28,292 nt of DNA, from the NCBI GenBank assembly GCA_030637025.1, contig DAOVVV010000031.1, positions 1 to 28,292 on the forward strand, given 5' to 3'. Both the position numbers and the translations under genes were made by a program. Shown piece by piece: positions 9,905 through 20,324 of the stretch (position 1 is its first letter; every line of letters starts with the position of its first letter). Source of the DNA: Clostridia bacterium (GTDB lineage: Bacteria; CBDUZB01; JAGLHV01). Under the pieces are notes generated by a model. The model searched no databases, had not been told where the DNA came from, and saw only the letters and a list, made by a program, of their open reading frames with translations.

Positions 9905-11215
9905 ATGTCTGGTGGGTTTGGTAATATTTTTAAAATACCGGAATTAAGAAAAAGAATCCTTTTCACTCTGGGTGTATTGGTTGTTTATCGGATAGGAGCA
10001 GCAATTCCTACTCCCGGAATTGACGGTGTGGCGTTAAAAGCTTTTTTTGAAACGCAAACAAACACTTTGCTGGGATTTTTGGATATGTTTTCAGGGGGAG
10101 CATTAAACCGGTTATCTATTTTTTCTATGGGGGTTATGCCTTATATTAATGCTTCTATTATTATGTCTTTATTACAAACTATTATCCCTTATCTGGAAAA
10201 ATTATCCAAGGAAGGCGAAGAAGGAAGAAAAAAAATTACACAAATTACCCGTTATGCAACTTTGTTTTTAGCTTCAATTCAATCTTTTGGATTAACTTTT
10301 ATGATGCAGGCAATGGAGGCTCCGAATAAAGCGCCGGTAGTAGTGAATCCCGGGTTAAAATTTCAATTGTTAACAGTATTAACTTTAACTACAGGAACAG
10401 TATTTATTATGTGGTTGGGAGAGCGAATTACTGAACAAGGGATAGGAAATGGAATTTCTTTAATTATTTTTGCCGGGATAGTGGATAGATTACCGGGTGC
10501 GGTAAAAAATATTTTTATTCTTCTGAAGAGTGAAGGAATTTCCTTATTTACTATTTTAATTCTTCTAGCCATAATATTAATGATAACGGCTGTTGTTGTT
10601 TTTGTACAACAGGCACAGAGGAGGATTCCCGTACAATATGCTAAACGGGTTGTAGGAAGAAAAATGTATGGGGGGCAAACTACTTATTTGCCTTTGAAGG
10701 TAGATCAATCAGGAGTAATTGCGGTAATTTTTGCAGTGAGTGTACTTTCTTTTCCTTTGACTATTGCCCAATTTTTTCCTGAAGCAGCAATGGGAAAATT
10801 GATTACCAGTTGGTGGTCAAGGGGGAGTTGGATTTATCAGCTAGTTTATGTGACTTTGATTATTTTCTTTTGTTATTTTTATACAGCAATTACTTTTAAT
10901 CCGCAGGATTTAGCGAATAATATGAAAAAATGGGGCGGGTTTATTCCGGGTATTCGTCCGGGAGAAGCTACTGCTAATTATATTGATAGAATTTTAGTCA
11001 GAATAACTCTGGTAGGAGCGGTTTTTGTAGCAATTATTGCTGTTTTACCGGATTATTTGCGGGCATGGTTGAATGCGCCTTTCTTTTTTGGAGGAACGGC
11101 ATTATTAATTGTCGTAGGTGTAGGGCTGGATACGATGGGACAAATAGAATCGCATTTAATTATGCGTCATTATGATGGTTTTGTTAAAAAAGGCCGAATT
11201 AAAGGGCGACGTTAA
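9905..11215 (+). CDS. secY: Preprotein translocase subunit SecY
   Basis: FSGGAL...SIFSMGVMPYINASII, WLGERITEQGIGNGISLIIF, FIPGIRPG, FGGTALLIVVGV; multiple TM segments. Confidence 0.99.
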   Translation: MSGGFGNIFKIPELRKRILFTLGVLVVYRIGAAIPTPGIDGVALKAFFETQTNTLLGFLDMFSGGALNRLSIFSMGVMPYINASIIMSLLQTIIPYLEKLSKEGEEGRKKITQITRYATLFLASIQSFGLTFMMQAMEAPNKAPVVVNPGLKFQLLTVLTLTTGTVFIMWLGERITEQGIGNGISLIIFAGIVDRLPGAVKNIFILLKSEGISLFTILILLAIILMITAVVVFVQQAQRRIPVQYAKRVVGRKMYGGQTTYLPLKVDQSGVIAVIFAVSVLSFPLTIAQFFPEAAMGKLITSWWSRGSWIYQLVYVTLIIFFCYFYTAITFNPQDLANNMKKWGGFIPGIRPGEATANYIDRILVRITLVGAVFVAIIAVLPDYLRAWLNAPFFFGGTALLIVVGVGLDTMGQIESHLIMRHYDGFVKKGRIKGRR

Positions 11216-11234
11216 TTGGAGAAAAAATAGAAAG

Positions 11235-11867
11235 ATGAATTTAATTTTATTGGGGGCACCGGGATCGGGTAAAGGGACTCAAGCACTTAAATTGTCGGAT
11301 AAATATAAAATACCGCATATTTCTACGGGGGATATATTTCGCGAAGCAATTAAGAAAAAGGATGCTTTGAGTATAAAAGTTAAACAAATAGTGGAAGAAG
11401 GGGGATTAGTCCCTGATGATATAGTTGTAGAAATTGTGTTAAGGGAATTAGAGCAGGAGTCAAATAGTAAAGGATTTGTTTTGGATGGATTTCCCAGAAC
11501 ATTAGGTCAAGCAGAATCTTTAGATAAAAGTTTCAAAAAACATTTAGAAGTTTTATATATAAAATTAGAAGAAGAGGAAGTGATTAAAAGATTATCCGGA
11601 AGAAGAATTTGTAAAAAATGTGGAAAAGGATATCATTTAATTTTTAATCATCCCCAAAAAGAAAATATATGTGATTCTTGCAGCGGAGAACTTTATCAGA
11701 GAAAAGATGATGAAGAATTGACTATAAAAAAGCGTTTATTATTTTATGAAAAGCATATAGGTGATGTTCTTTCTTTTTATGAAAAACAAGGGAATCTTTT
11801 TATCGTTGAAGGGAATAAACCGATTGGAGAAGTTTTTTCCCTGTTATGTAAGGCAATAAAAGAATGA
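11235..11867 (+). CDS. adk: Adenylate kinase (long form with 4-Cys Zn LID)
   Basis: LLGAPGSGKGTQ P-loop, HISTGD, LDGFPRT, CKKC...CDSC. ATG 11235 preferred. Confidence 0.97.
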   Translation: MNLILLGAPGSGKGTQALKLSDKYKIPHISTGDIFREAIKKKDALSIKVKQIVEEGGLVPDDIVVEIVLRELEQESNSKGFVLDGFPRTLGQAESLDKSFKKHLEVLYIKLEEEEVIKRLSGRRICKKCGKGYHLIFNHPQKENICDSCSGELYQRKDDEELTIKKRLLFYEKHIGDVLSFYEKQGNLFIVEGNKPIGEVFSLLCKAIKE

Positions 11868-12610
11868 TTGTATTAAAATCAGATGCTGAAGTGAATAAAA
11901 TAAGAGAAAGTTGTTATATAGCCAGGGATGTTTGTAGGATTTTGGAAAAAGAGATTTTACCGGGAGTAGAAACCCATAAACTTGATCAACGGGCAGAAGA
12001 ACTAATTAGAAAAAAAAATGCTTATCCTGCTTTCTTGGGCTATAAGGGGTTTCCTGCAAGTATTTGTGCCTCTATTAATGAAGAAGTAGTGCATGGTATT
12101 CCTAAGAGGATGAAATTAAAAGAAGGGGATATCTTAAGTTTAGATATCGGTGTTTTATATAACGGATACTATGCAGATATGGCTTTTACTGTGGGGGTAG
12201 GACAAATAAGCAAAGAAGCGGAGAAATTAATCCGGATTACTAAAGAGTCTTTGTATTGCGGTATAAATAAAATGTGTTCCGGAAATAGATTGAGTGATAT
12301 ATCTAATGCTGTTCAGACAAAAGTAGAAGCTAATAGTTTTTCGGTGGTGCGGGATTTTGTAGGTCACGGAATTGGTATTGAGATGCATGAAGATCCCCAA
12401 ATACCTAACTATGGTTTGCCTCATAGAGGTCCTTCCTTGAAAGAAGGGATGGTTTTTGCGCTGGAACCAATGGTGAACGTAGGTGGATGGGAAATCGAAA
12501 TTATGGAGGATAATTGGACGGTGGTAACTAAAGATAGAAGCTTGTCAGCACATTTTGAACATACAGTGGCAATAACCGGCAAGGGACCTGAGATATTAAC
12601 CGAATGGTAA
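11864..12610 (+). CDS. map: Methionine aminopeptidase type I
   Basis: SINEEVVHGIP, DIG...YADMA, GHGIG..MHEDP, EPM, SAHFEHT. Confidence 0.98.
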   Translation: MIVLKSDAEVNKIRESCYIARDVCRILEKEILPGVETHKLDQRAEELIRKKNAYPAFLGYKGFPASICASINEEVVHGIPKRMKLKEGDILSLDIGVLYNGYYADMAFTVGVGQISKEAEKLIRITKESLYCGINKMCSGNRLSDISNAVQTKVEANSFSVVRDFVGHGIGIEMHEDPQIPNYGLPHRGPSLKEGMVFALEPMVNVGGWEIEIMEDNWTVVTKDRSLSAHFEHTVAITGKGPEILTEW

Positions 12611-12650
12611 TTACTTTCTCCTAAACAGAGGAAAATAAAAGGAATTAAAT

Positions 12651-12869
12651 ATGACTAAGGAAGAAAAAATTGAAGTAGAAGGTAAGGTTTTAGAAACATT
12701 ACCTAACGCAATGTTTCGGGTAGAATTAGAAAACGGACACAAAGTTTTGGCTCATATTTCGGGAAAAATAAGAATGCATTTTATTCGGATATTACCGGGG
12801 GATAAAGTGAAAGTGGAATTGTCGCCTTATGATTTAACCCGGGGAAGAATTACATATAGAACGAAATAA
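12651..12869 (+). CDS. infA: Translation initiation factor IF-1
   Basis: [14 protein letters not shown]...AHISGK...[21 protein letters not shown]. Confidence 0.99.
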   Translation: MTKEEKIEVEGKVLETLPNAMFRVELENGHKVLAHISGKIRMHFIRILPGDKVKVELSPYDLTRGRITYRTK

Positions 12870-12899
12870 AAGTAATTTACTTGGATAGGGAGTAGAAAA

Positions 12900-13013
12900 A
12901 TGAAAGTTAGATCATCGGTTAAGCCAATGTGTAAAAAATGTAAAAGAATAAGAAGAAAAGGCGTGATGAAAATTATTTGTACTAATTTGCGTCATAAGCA
13001 AAGACAGGGATAA
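12900..13013 (+). CDS. rpmJ: 50S ribosomal protein L36 (Zn-binding form)
   Basis: Translated by hand, below the ORF-track cutoff: [45 protein letters not shown] upstream. Confidence 0.97.
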   Translation: MKVRSSVKPMCKKCKRIRRKGVMKIICTNLRHKQRQG

Positions 13014-13037
13014 AGAAATATTGTGAGGGAGGATTAA

Positions 13038-13445
13038 ATGGCTCGTATTGTAGGAGTGGATTTACCGCGAGATAAAAGAGTAGAAATAGGACTTACGTAT
13101 GTTTATGGTGTGGGCAGGGTATTAGCTCTTCAGATTTTAAAGGTGTTGGAAATAGATCCTGGTACCCGGGTTAAAAATTTAACTGAAACGGAAATAAGTA
13201 AATTAAATAATTTTATTCAGGAAAATTTTAAAGTAGAAGGAGATTTACGGCGGGAAATCCATCAAAACATAAGAAGACTGATGGAAATTCGTAGTTATCG
13301 GGGTGTACGACATCGTAGAAATTTGCCTGTAAGGGGTCAGAGAACACGTACAAATGGGCGTACTAAAAGGGGAAATAGAAAAACAGTAGGGTCTTCCCGT
13401 GTACAAGCACAAAAACAAAAAGGTACGGGTTCTGCAAAAAAGTAG
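13038..13445 (+). CDS. rpsM: 30S ribosomal protein S13
   Basis: [10 protein letters not shown]...VEGDLRRE...[17 protein letters not shown]. Confidence 0.98.
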   Translation: MARIVGVDLPRDKRVEIGLTYVYGVGRVLALQILKVLEIDPGTRVKNLTETEISKLNNFIQENFKVEGDLRREIHQNIRRLMEIRSYRGVRHRRNLPVRGQRTRTNGRTKRGNRKTVGSSRVQAQKQKGTGSAKK

Positions 13446-13521
13446 CAATTAATTATATTATAAATAAGGATTAAGAATAAGTTCAATTTATAAATGAAAA
13501 AGAAGGAAAAAAGGAGGAAAA

Positions 13522-13914
13522 ATGCCACCAAAGAAAAGGGGCGGGGTAAAGAAAAAAATAATTAAAGGTATAGTTCAGGGACAAGCCCATATTCAGTCAA
13601 GTTTTAATAATACAATTATAACGATAACTGATGATCAGGGGAAAGTTTTAAGTTGGTCGAGTGCTGGTTCTGTTGGGTTTAAAGGAACTAAAAAAGGGAC
13701 TCCCTTTGCTGCGCAAATTGCAGCACAAACTTGTGCGAAAAAAGTACAGGAAATGGGTTTAAAACAAGTCGCTGTTTTAATTAAAGGACCGGGGTCAGGA
13801 AGGGAAACGGCTATCAGAGCCTTACAATCGGCAGGATTAATGATTACATCTATAAAAGATATAACACCTATTCCGCATAATGGCTGTCGTCCACCGAAAC
13901 AGAGGCGGGTATAA
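13522..13914 (+). CDS. rpsK: 30S ribosomal protein S11
   Basis: [12 protein letters not shown]...GTPFAAQ...GPGSGRE...[18 protein letters not shown]. Confidence 0.99.
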   Translation: MPPKKRGGVKKKIIKGIVQGQAHIQSSFNNTIITITDDQGKVLSWSSAGSVGFKGTKKGTPFAAQIAAQTCAKKVQEMGLKQVAVLIKGPGSGRETAIRALQSAGLMITSIKDITPIPHNGCRPPKQRRV

Positions 13915-13937
13915 AATAAAGGAGGATGTAATTCAAA

Positions 13938-14567
13938 ATGGCAAGGTATATTGGACCGGTTTGTAGATTATGTCGTAGAGAAAGGACGAAGTTGTTTTTA
14001 AAAGGGATTAAGTGTTATACTCCTAAATGCTCTTTAGAGAAAGGGAAAGAACCTCCCGGGCAAAAGGAGCAAAAGAGACGAACTAAAGTTTCGGAGTATG
14101 CATTACAATTAAGGGAAAAACAAAAAGCTAAAAGAATGGCCGGGGTCTTAGAAAGTCAGTTTCGCAGATATTTTCACCGGGCAGAGAAAAAAAAGGGATT
14201 GACCGGAGAAAATTTACTGCTGGAACTGGAGTTAAGATTTGATAATATCGTTTTTCGTTTGGGTTTTTCACATTCGAAAAGGGAAGCACGCCAGCTTATT
14301 CGGCACAAGCATTTTTTAATAAATGGGAAAGGAGTGGATATTCCTTCCTATAGCGTGAAACCTCAGGATAAAATTATTCTTAGGGAAAAAAGCAAAAAAA
14401 ATGTTCAGATTAAGAGTGCATTGGAAGAAAGTAAAAAAAGAGGATTGCCTTCTTGGTTAGAATTTGACGAGAAAAAATTAGAAGGGACGGTTCTTAATTT
14501 ACCCAAGAGAGAAGAAATGTCCATACCGGTAAAAGAGCAGTTGATTGTAGAATTATATTCTAAATAA
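13938..14567 (+). CDS. rpsD: 30S ribosomal protein S4 (Cys/Zn form)
   Basis: MARYIGPVCRLCRRE...QLREKQK...EARQLIRH...EQLIVELYSK. Confidence 0.98.
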   Translation: MARYIGPVCRLCRRERTKLFLKGIKCYTPKCSLEKGKEPPGQKEQKRRTKVSEYALQLREKQKAKRMAGVLESQFRRYFHRAEKKKGLTGENLLLELELRFDNIVFRLGFSHSKREARQLIRHKHFLINGKGVDIPSYSVKPQDKIILREKSKKNVQIKSALEESKKRGLPSWLEFDEKKLEGTVLNLPKREEMSIPVKEQLIVELYSK

Positions 14568-14638
14568 GTACTTGTAGAATTTAAGTAGTAGATAAATAAT
14601 AAATACTTTAAGATTTCTTAGGAGGGGGCATAAAAAAG

Positions 14639-15601
14639 ATGATGTTTAAAGATTTAGTTATCCCTGAAGCACTGAGTATTGATAAAGACAAAAGTTCTGA
14701 TATGTATGGAAGATTTATTGCTGAACCGTTTGAAAGAGGATATGGGCATACAATTGGTAATTCCTTGCGCAGAATTCTTCTTTCTTCTTTAGAGGGTGCG
14801 GCAGTAACTGCGGTGAAAATTAAAGGGGCAATGCATGAATTTTCTGTTTTACCGGGAGTAGTAGAAGATGTAATTAATATAATATTAAATCTTAAATTAT
14901 TACGTTTTAAAATATATTCTTCCGGTCCGGAAACACTTTATTTGGAATTATCCCAGGAAGGGGAGATAAAGGCTAAGGACATAAAAACTAATTCCAACGT
15001 GGAAATTATTAATTTAGATCAACATATTCTTACTTTAGATAATAATGGAAAAATAGAAATGGAAATAGAAGTAAGTAAAGGTCGTGGTTATGTTTCCAGT
15101 GATAAGAATAAAAAGAAAGAACATCCTATAGGCACAATAGCAGTAGATGCTATTTTTAGTCCGGTAGTCAGAGTGAATTATGAGGTGGAAAATACTCGAA
15201 TAGGACAGGTAACCGACTATAATAAATTAATTATGGAAATATGGACGGACGGTAGTGTTTTGCCCCAGGATGCTCTTGCTTATTCGGCTAAGATATTGAA
15301 AGATTCTCTAACTATTTTTATTAATTTCGATGAAGATCAAGTAGTAGAGAAAAAGCAAGGAATAGGAGAAAAAGAAATAAAGGAGGAAGGGCCTTCTCAT
15401 GAACTACTTGGGCAATCAGTAGAAATTATAGAACTTTCCGTGCGGGCTACTAATTGTTTAAAAGAAGCAAAGATAAAAACTTTAGGGGATTTAATAAAGA
15501 AAAAAGAAGATGATTTGTTGCACCGTAGAAATTTTGGAAGAAAGTCTTTAGAGGAAATAAAAAAGAAACTTAAAGAATTAGGGCTTTCTTTAAATATGTA
15601 G
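14639..15601 (+). CDS. rpoA: RNA polymerase alpha subunit
   Basis: EPFERGYGHTIGNSLRRILLSS, DAIFSPV, alphaCTD ELSVRATNCL...NFGRKSLEEI. Confidence 0.99.
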   Translation: MMFKDLVIPEALSIDKDKSSDMYGRFIAEPFERGYGHTIGNSLRRILLSSLEGAAVTAVKIKGAMHEFSVLPGVVEDVINIILNLKLLRFKIYSSGPETLYLELSQEGEIKAKDIKTNSNVEIINLDQHILTLDNNGKIEMEIEVSKGRGYVSSDKNKKKEHPIGTIAVDAIFSPVVRVNYEVENTRIGQVTDYNKLIMEIWTDGSVLPQDALAYSAKILKDSLTIFINFDEDQVVEKKQGIGEKEIKEEGPSHELLGQSVEIIELSVRATNCLKEAKIKTLGDLIKKKEDDLLHRRNFGRKSLEEIKKKLKELGLSLNM

Positions 15602-15669
15602 GAAGAATTTGAGAGTATATAGTTAAAGGAAGGTGTAAATTAATAATTAGGTTTGGAGGAAATGATTTT

Positions 15670-16020
15670 ATGGGAAGAGCTAAAGTAGGGAGGCAATTAG
15701 GAAGAACAACGGCAGAAAGAAAGTCTTTATTTCGTAATCTGGCAAGTGATTTATTTAAATATGAGGAAATAAAAACTACAGAAGCTAAAGCGAAGGAGTT
15801 AAAACGATTTGCTGAAAAGATTATTACCCGTGCTAAGAAAGGCGATGCCTTTGCTCGCAGAATAATTAAACGGGATATAACTAATAAAGAAGTGGTAAAA
15901 AAACTTATAGATGTTTTAGCTGTTCGGTATGCTCAGAGGAATGGAGGGTATACCCGTATTTTAAAACTTGGTTTTCGTGTCGGGGATGGGGCACGGGTTT
16001 GTATGATTCGATTGGTATAA
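15670..16020 (+). CDS. rplQ: 50S ribosomal protein L17
   Basis: [11 protein letters not shown]...[10 protein letters not shown]...[10 protein letters not shown]...RVGDGA. Confidence 0.98.
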   Translation: MGRAKVGRQLGRTTAERKSLFRNLASDLFKYEEIKTTEAKAKELKRFAEKIITRAKKGDAFARRIIKRDITNKEVVKKLIDVLAVRYAQRNGGYTRILKLGFRVGDGARVCMIRLV

Positions 16021-16132
16021 TAATTTAATCCTTTGTTTTTCCTTTTATTTTATTCTTTCCTCGTTTTCTGTTATTATATCACATGCAATTGCAATATTAA
16101 TAAATATTTTAAATTTTATAGTGGAGGTTGGA

Positions 16133-17176
16133 ATGTTTAATTATTTATTTGGATTATTTTCTAATGATATGGGAATTGATTTAGGAACGGCCAATACCCT
16201 GGTTTATGTAAAAGGGGAGGGGATAATTTTACGAGAGCCTTCTGTTGTAGCTATTGACAGTGAAACAAGAAATGTTCTGGCTGTAGGACTGGAAGCAAAA
16301 AGAATGATTGGGAAAACCCCGGCTAATATTATAGCTGTTCGTCCTATGCGCAATGGAGTAATTGCTGATTTTGAGATTACAGAGAGAATGATTCGTTATT
16401 TTATTAAAAAAGTGCATAATCGGAGAGCTTTACTTCATCCGCGGATAGTAATAGGGGTTCCTTCAGGGATTACAGAGGTAGAAAGGAGAGCAGTAAGGGA
16501 ATCGGCTGCTCAGGCAGGTGCCAGAGAGGTTCATTTAATTGAGGAACCTATGGCAGCAGCAATTGGTGCTGATATTCCGGTGTATGAACCGGCGGGAAAT
16601 ATGATTGTAGATGTAGGAGGAGGGACAACAGAAGTAGCTGTAGTTTCTCTGGGAGGAATGGTAGTTACTAATTCAGCAAGAGTAGCCGGGGATGAAATGG
16701 ACGAATCTATAGTTCAATATTTTAAGAAGAGATATAATCTTTTGATTGGGGAGCGGACAGCAGAAGATGTGAAAATTAATATTGGTTCGGTTTCTCCTCA
16801 GTTTGCTGAAGTAGAGGCAGTAGAGGTAAAAGGGAGAGATTTGGTTTCCGGTTTACCCAAAACAGTTAAAATTAGTTCTGAAGAAGTAGGTAAAGCTTTG
16901 AGTGAGCCGATAAAGACCATTGTAGAAGTTATAAAAAATACTTTGGAAGAAACCCCTGCAGAATTATCTGCGGATTTAGTAGATAGAGGAATTATTTTAG
17001 CCGGAGGTGGGGCTTTACTCAAAGGATTACCTGAATTAATCAAAAAGGAAACAGAACTTCCGGTAAGTATTGCTCCTGATCCGTTGACCTGTGTTGCTCT
17101 GGGTGCGGGAAAATATCTTGAAGAATTAGATGCTCTCAGGAAAGATAAGAAGTTAATAGAGAGGGGAGTGCAATAG
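16133..17176 (+). CDS. mreB: Rod shape-determining actin homologue MreB
   Basis: [47 protein letters not shown] 16133 after GGAGG. Confidence 0.98.
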   Translation: MFNYLFGLFSNDMGIDLGTANTLVYVKGEGIILREPSVVAIDSETRNVLAVGLEAKRMIGKTPANIIAVRPMRNGVIADFEITERMIRYFIKKVHNRRALLHPRIVIGVPSGITEVERRAVRESAAQAGAREVHLIEEPMAAAIGADIPVYEPAGNMIVDVGGGTTEVAVVSLGGMVVTNSARVAGDEMDESIVQYFKKRYNLLIGERTAEDVKINIGSVSPQFAEVEAVEVKGRDLVSGLPKTVKISSEEVGKALSEPIKTIVEVIKNTLEETPAELSADLVDRGIILAGGGALLKGLPELIKKETELPVSIAPDPLTCVALGAGKYLEELDALRKDKKLIERGVQ

Positions 17177-17180
17177 CTAA

Positions 17181-18005
17181 GTGGCAGAATTTATAGAAAA
17201 AAAGAAAACTATGTTTGTTTTTTTTTCTTTAATATTTGTTTCTGTTCTTTTTATGTCTTTGCGTTTGGATTCGGAAGTAGGAATTGTCAGGAATGTTATT
17301 TTTTACGTTTTTTCTGCCACACCTGAATATATAGACAATGTTTTAAAACAAAGCCAGGGTGTGACAGAAAGAATTTATAGTATGGGTTTGATTTATAAGG
17401 AAAATATTGAATTAAAAAAAGACATTCAAAGATTTATAAAAAAAGAAATCTATTTTGAAAAATTAAGGTTAGAAAATAAAAGATTAGAAGAAATAGTTCA
17501 ATATGAGAGTAATCTGTCTTACCGAAAACAAGTGGTAGCCAGAATGATTGGACGGGAACCTAATAGCTGGTATAATGCGATAGTTATTAATAAAGGCACA
17601 AAAGATGGAATAAGCAAGGATGATATAGTAATTACTTATCAACAGGGACGAGAAGGGGTGATTGGCAGGGTTATAGAAAGTTCTTTTTTTTCATCCAAAG
17701 TTTTGTTAATTACGGATAATAATTCGGCAATAGCAGCTTATATAAAAAGAAATAAAGAAGATGGATTAATTGAAGGGCAGAATCAGGAAAGTTTAGTAAT
17801 GAAGTATCTTAGCTCTAAAGCAGATGTCAGGATAGGTGACCAGATAGTAACTTCCGGATATGGCGGGGTTTTTCCCGGACAGATATTAATTGGTGAAGTT
17901 AAAAATGTACTTAAGGAGAATTCTTCTGAACATTTTAGAAGGGCTCTGATTTCTCCGGCTATAAATTTTAATCGGATATCAGATGTTTTAGTAATTAAAC
18001 GATGA
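17181..18005 (+). CDS. mreC: Rod shape-determining protein MreC
   Basis: N-terminal TM, coiled coil (ENIELKK...LRLENKRL), INKG...G, SKVLLITD, VTSGYGGVFP. Confidence 0.95.
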   Translation: MAEFIEKKKTMFVFFSLIFVSVLFMSLRLDSEVGIVRNVIFYVFSATPEYIDNVLKQSQGVTERIYSMGLIYKENIELKKDIQRFIKKEIYFEKLRLENKRLEEIVQYESNLSYRKQVVARMIGREPNSWYNAIVINKGTKDGISKDDIVITYQQGREGVIGRVIESSFFSSKVLLITDNNSAIAAYIKRNKEDGLIEGQNQESLVMKYLSSKADVRIGDQIVTSGYGGVFPGQILIGEVKNVLKENSSEHFRRALISPAINFNRISDVLVIKR

Positions 18006-18502
18006 AAAGATTTTTATTTTGGATTTCTACTTTTATTTTGGTGGTGACTATTCAGTTTTCTTTTCTCTGGCGAATTTCTTTCCTTGGCGTAATTCCTAAT
18101 ATATTATTAATTTTAATTATCTGGTTTTCTTTTTTGAAAGGTTCCTATAAAGGGCAAATTATGGGTTTTGTTACTGGGATAGTGGCAGATTCTTTTTCTA
18201 TTGGTATATTTGGGGCTAATGCATTACTTTTTACCGGGATTGGGTTTTTTGTGGGATTATTGAAAAAAAAAGTAGACGAAGATAATATTTTGGTACAGAT
18301 ACTATTGGTTTTTATTATTACTTTATTTTATTGTTTTGGTTTTTGGATGTTGACAAAGATTTTCGGGGAAGGAAAAGAAATAATTTTAGGAAAAACATTG
18401 TTGTTTTTACCTTTATATAATGGATTACTTGCTCCCTTATGTTTCGTTATGTTTATCCGGTGGGCGAAATTATGGAGGGAGGAGATGTATGTGGCAGATT
18501 GA
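18002..18502 (+). CDS. mreD: Rod shape-determining protein MreD
   Basis: Polytopic membrane protein, PNILLI...GFVTGIVAD...FGANAL, between mreC and mrdA. Confidence 0.92.
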   Translation: MKRFLFWISTFILVVTIQFSFLWRISFLGVIPNILLILIIWFSFLKGSYKGQIMGFVTGIVADSFSIGIFGANALLFTGIGFFVGLLKKKVDEDNILVQILLVFIITLFYCFGFWMLTKIFGEGKEIILGKTLLFLPLYNGLLAPLCFVMFIRWAKLWREEMYVAD

Positions 18503-20324
18503 AAGTAATAGATTTGAGTATCAAAGGTTTAAAAACAGAGCTTTTTTGGTAAAGTTTTTTTTAGTTTTTGTGTTTTTTGTTCTTTATTTAAGGCTTTTCC
18601 AATTACAAATTATAAATAAACGGTATTTTAAGAAAATTTCGAAAAATAATTGTATTCAAATCCTTTTTCAACAAGCTCCCCGGGGTGCTATTTTAGATAG
18701 AAACGGAGTGGTTTTAGCAGATAGCCGTAGTGCTTTTTCTCTTCTCTTTTCTCCTTTTAATTTGTCCGATGATGATATAACAAAATCCGTAAATAAGATA
18801 AGTGATATTTTGGATAGAGATAAAGAATATTTTATCCGGAAGATTTCCTTTCAAAAAAGATACCCTTTTACTTACGCTCGCCTGATGGAAAATATTGAAA
18901 GAAAAAAGATGTTTCAGTTTGCAGAAGAAAAGCCTAATATTCCCGGGATTACTATTCAAACGGAAACAGTAAGGTACTATCTCCGTAAAAACTTTGCTTC
19001 CCATATTTTAGGATATATAGGAGAGATAAATGCTGATGAATTAAGAGATAGAGGGGGTGAATGCAAGCAGGGAAATGTTGTGGGAAAAATAGGTATTGAG
19101 AAAATTTACGATTCCGAACTAAGGGGCATAGAGGGGGGTAAACAGATAGAGGTCAATGCTGTCGGTCGTGAATTACGCGTATTGCGGGAGATAAAACCGG
19201 TAAAAGGGCATACCCTGATTCTTACTATTGATAAAAAATTACAGGAATTGTCGGAGGATGCTCTGGGAGATAGTCCCGGGGTAATAATAATTTTAGATCC
19301 CCGAAATAGTGAGGTTTTAAGTTTAGTTAGCAAACCGGATTTTGATTCGAATATTTTTACTGTTCCTTTAGCTTCCAAAAAATGGAATCATTTTTTTACT
19401 TCCCTTGCATATCCTTTATTAAATCGGGCAATTCAGGCTCAGTATGCACCGGGTTCGGTATTTAAAATTTTAGTAACCCTTGCTGCTTTAGAAGAAGAAA
19501 AAATTAATCTTAATGATACTTTTTTTTGTAAAGGGTTTTTAACCTGCGGCCGGGAAGAACGGGTTTTCAGATGCTGGAAAAGAGAAGGGCACGGAAAACA
19601 AAATCTTATCCAGGCAATGGCTAATTCTTGTGATATATATTTTTATAATATGGGTTTGAGTCTGGGTGTAAGAAATATATCTAAGTATGCTAAAGAATTT
19701 GGCTTAGGAGAAAAAACAGGAATTGATTTGCCTTCAGAAAAACGAGGGCTTGTTCCTTCTTCTGAGTGGAAAAGAAAAAAAATCGGTGATCCATGGTTTG
19801 ATGGGGATACATTGAATTTAAGTATTGGACAGGGCTACCTTTTAGCTACACCATTACAAATAGCCAACATGGTTTGTGCTGTAGTTAACGGTGGAAAATT
19901 ATATCGCCCTTATATAGTAAAAAAAATTATAGGTGATAAAAACCACTTGATAAAAGAAATAAAACCTTATAAAATAAGAGACATAAAAATATCAGAGAGC
20001 ACGTTAAATATTCTGAAGAAAAGTTTGAAAAGTACCGTAGAAAAGGGTACAGGCCGGGCTGCTTATTTAAAAAATCTTTCTATCGGGGGAAAAACGGGAA
20101 CAGCAGAAAATCCTCATGGAGAAAATCATGCCTGGTTTGTTTGTTTTACCCCTGTAGAAGACCCTCAAATAGTAATTTGTGTTTTTCTTGAGCACGGCGG
20201 AAGCGGAGGGTCTGATGCTGCACCTGTAGCGCGTAAAGTTTTAGAGGGGTATGCTCAGTTTATAAATGAACACAAAGGAAATGAGTATATTTTAAAAACA
20301 GGAAAGGAAAAAAATGGCCTTTAA
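18489..20324 (+). CDS. mrdA: Penicillin-binding protein 2 (class B transpeptidase)
   Basis: RLFQLQI, APRGAILDRNG, SxxK (GSVFK), SxD (SCD), KTG (GGKTGTAE). ATG 18489 after GGAGGAG. Confidence 0.96.
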   Translation: MWQIESNRFEYQRFKNRAFLVKFFLVFVFFVLYLRLFQLQIINKRYFKKISKNNCIQILFQQAPRGAILDRNGVVLADSRSAFSLLFSPFNLSDDDITKSVNKISDILDRDKEYFIRKISFQKRYPFTYARLMENIERKKMFQFAEEKPNIPGITIQTETVRYYLRKNFASHILGYIGEINADELRDRGGECKQGNVVGKIGIEKIYDSELRGIEGGKQIEVNAVGRELRVLREIKPVKGHTLILTIDKKLQELSEDALGDSPGVIIILDPRNSEVLSLVSKPDFDSNIFTVPLASKKWNHFFTSLAYPLLNRAIQAQYAPGSVFKILVTLAALEEEKINLNDTFFCKGFLTCGREERVFRCWKREGHGKQNLIQAMANSCDIYFYNMGLSLGVRNISKYAKEFGLGEKTGIDLPSEKRGLVPSSEWKRKKIGDPWFDGDTLNLSIGQGYLLATPLQIANMVCAVVNGGKLYRPYIVKKIIGDKNHLIKEIKPYKIRDIKISESTLNILKKSLKSTVEKGTGRAAYLKNLSIGGKTGTAENPHGENHAWFVCFTPVEDPQIVICVFLEHGGSGGSDAAPVARKVLEGYAQFINEHKGNEYILKTGKEKNGL

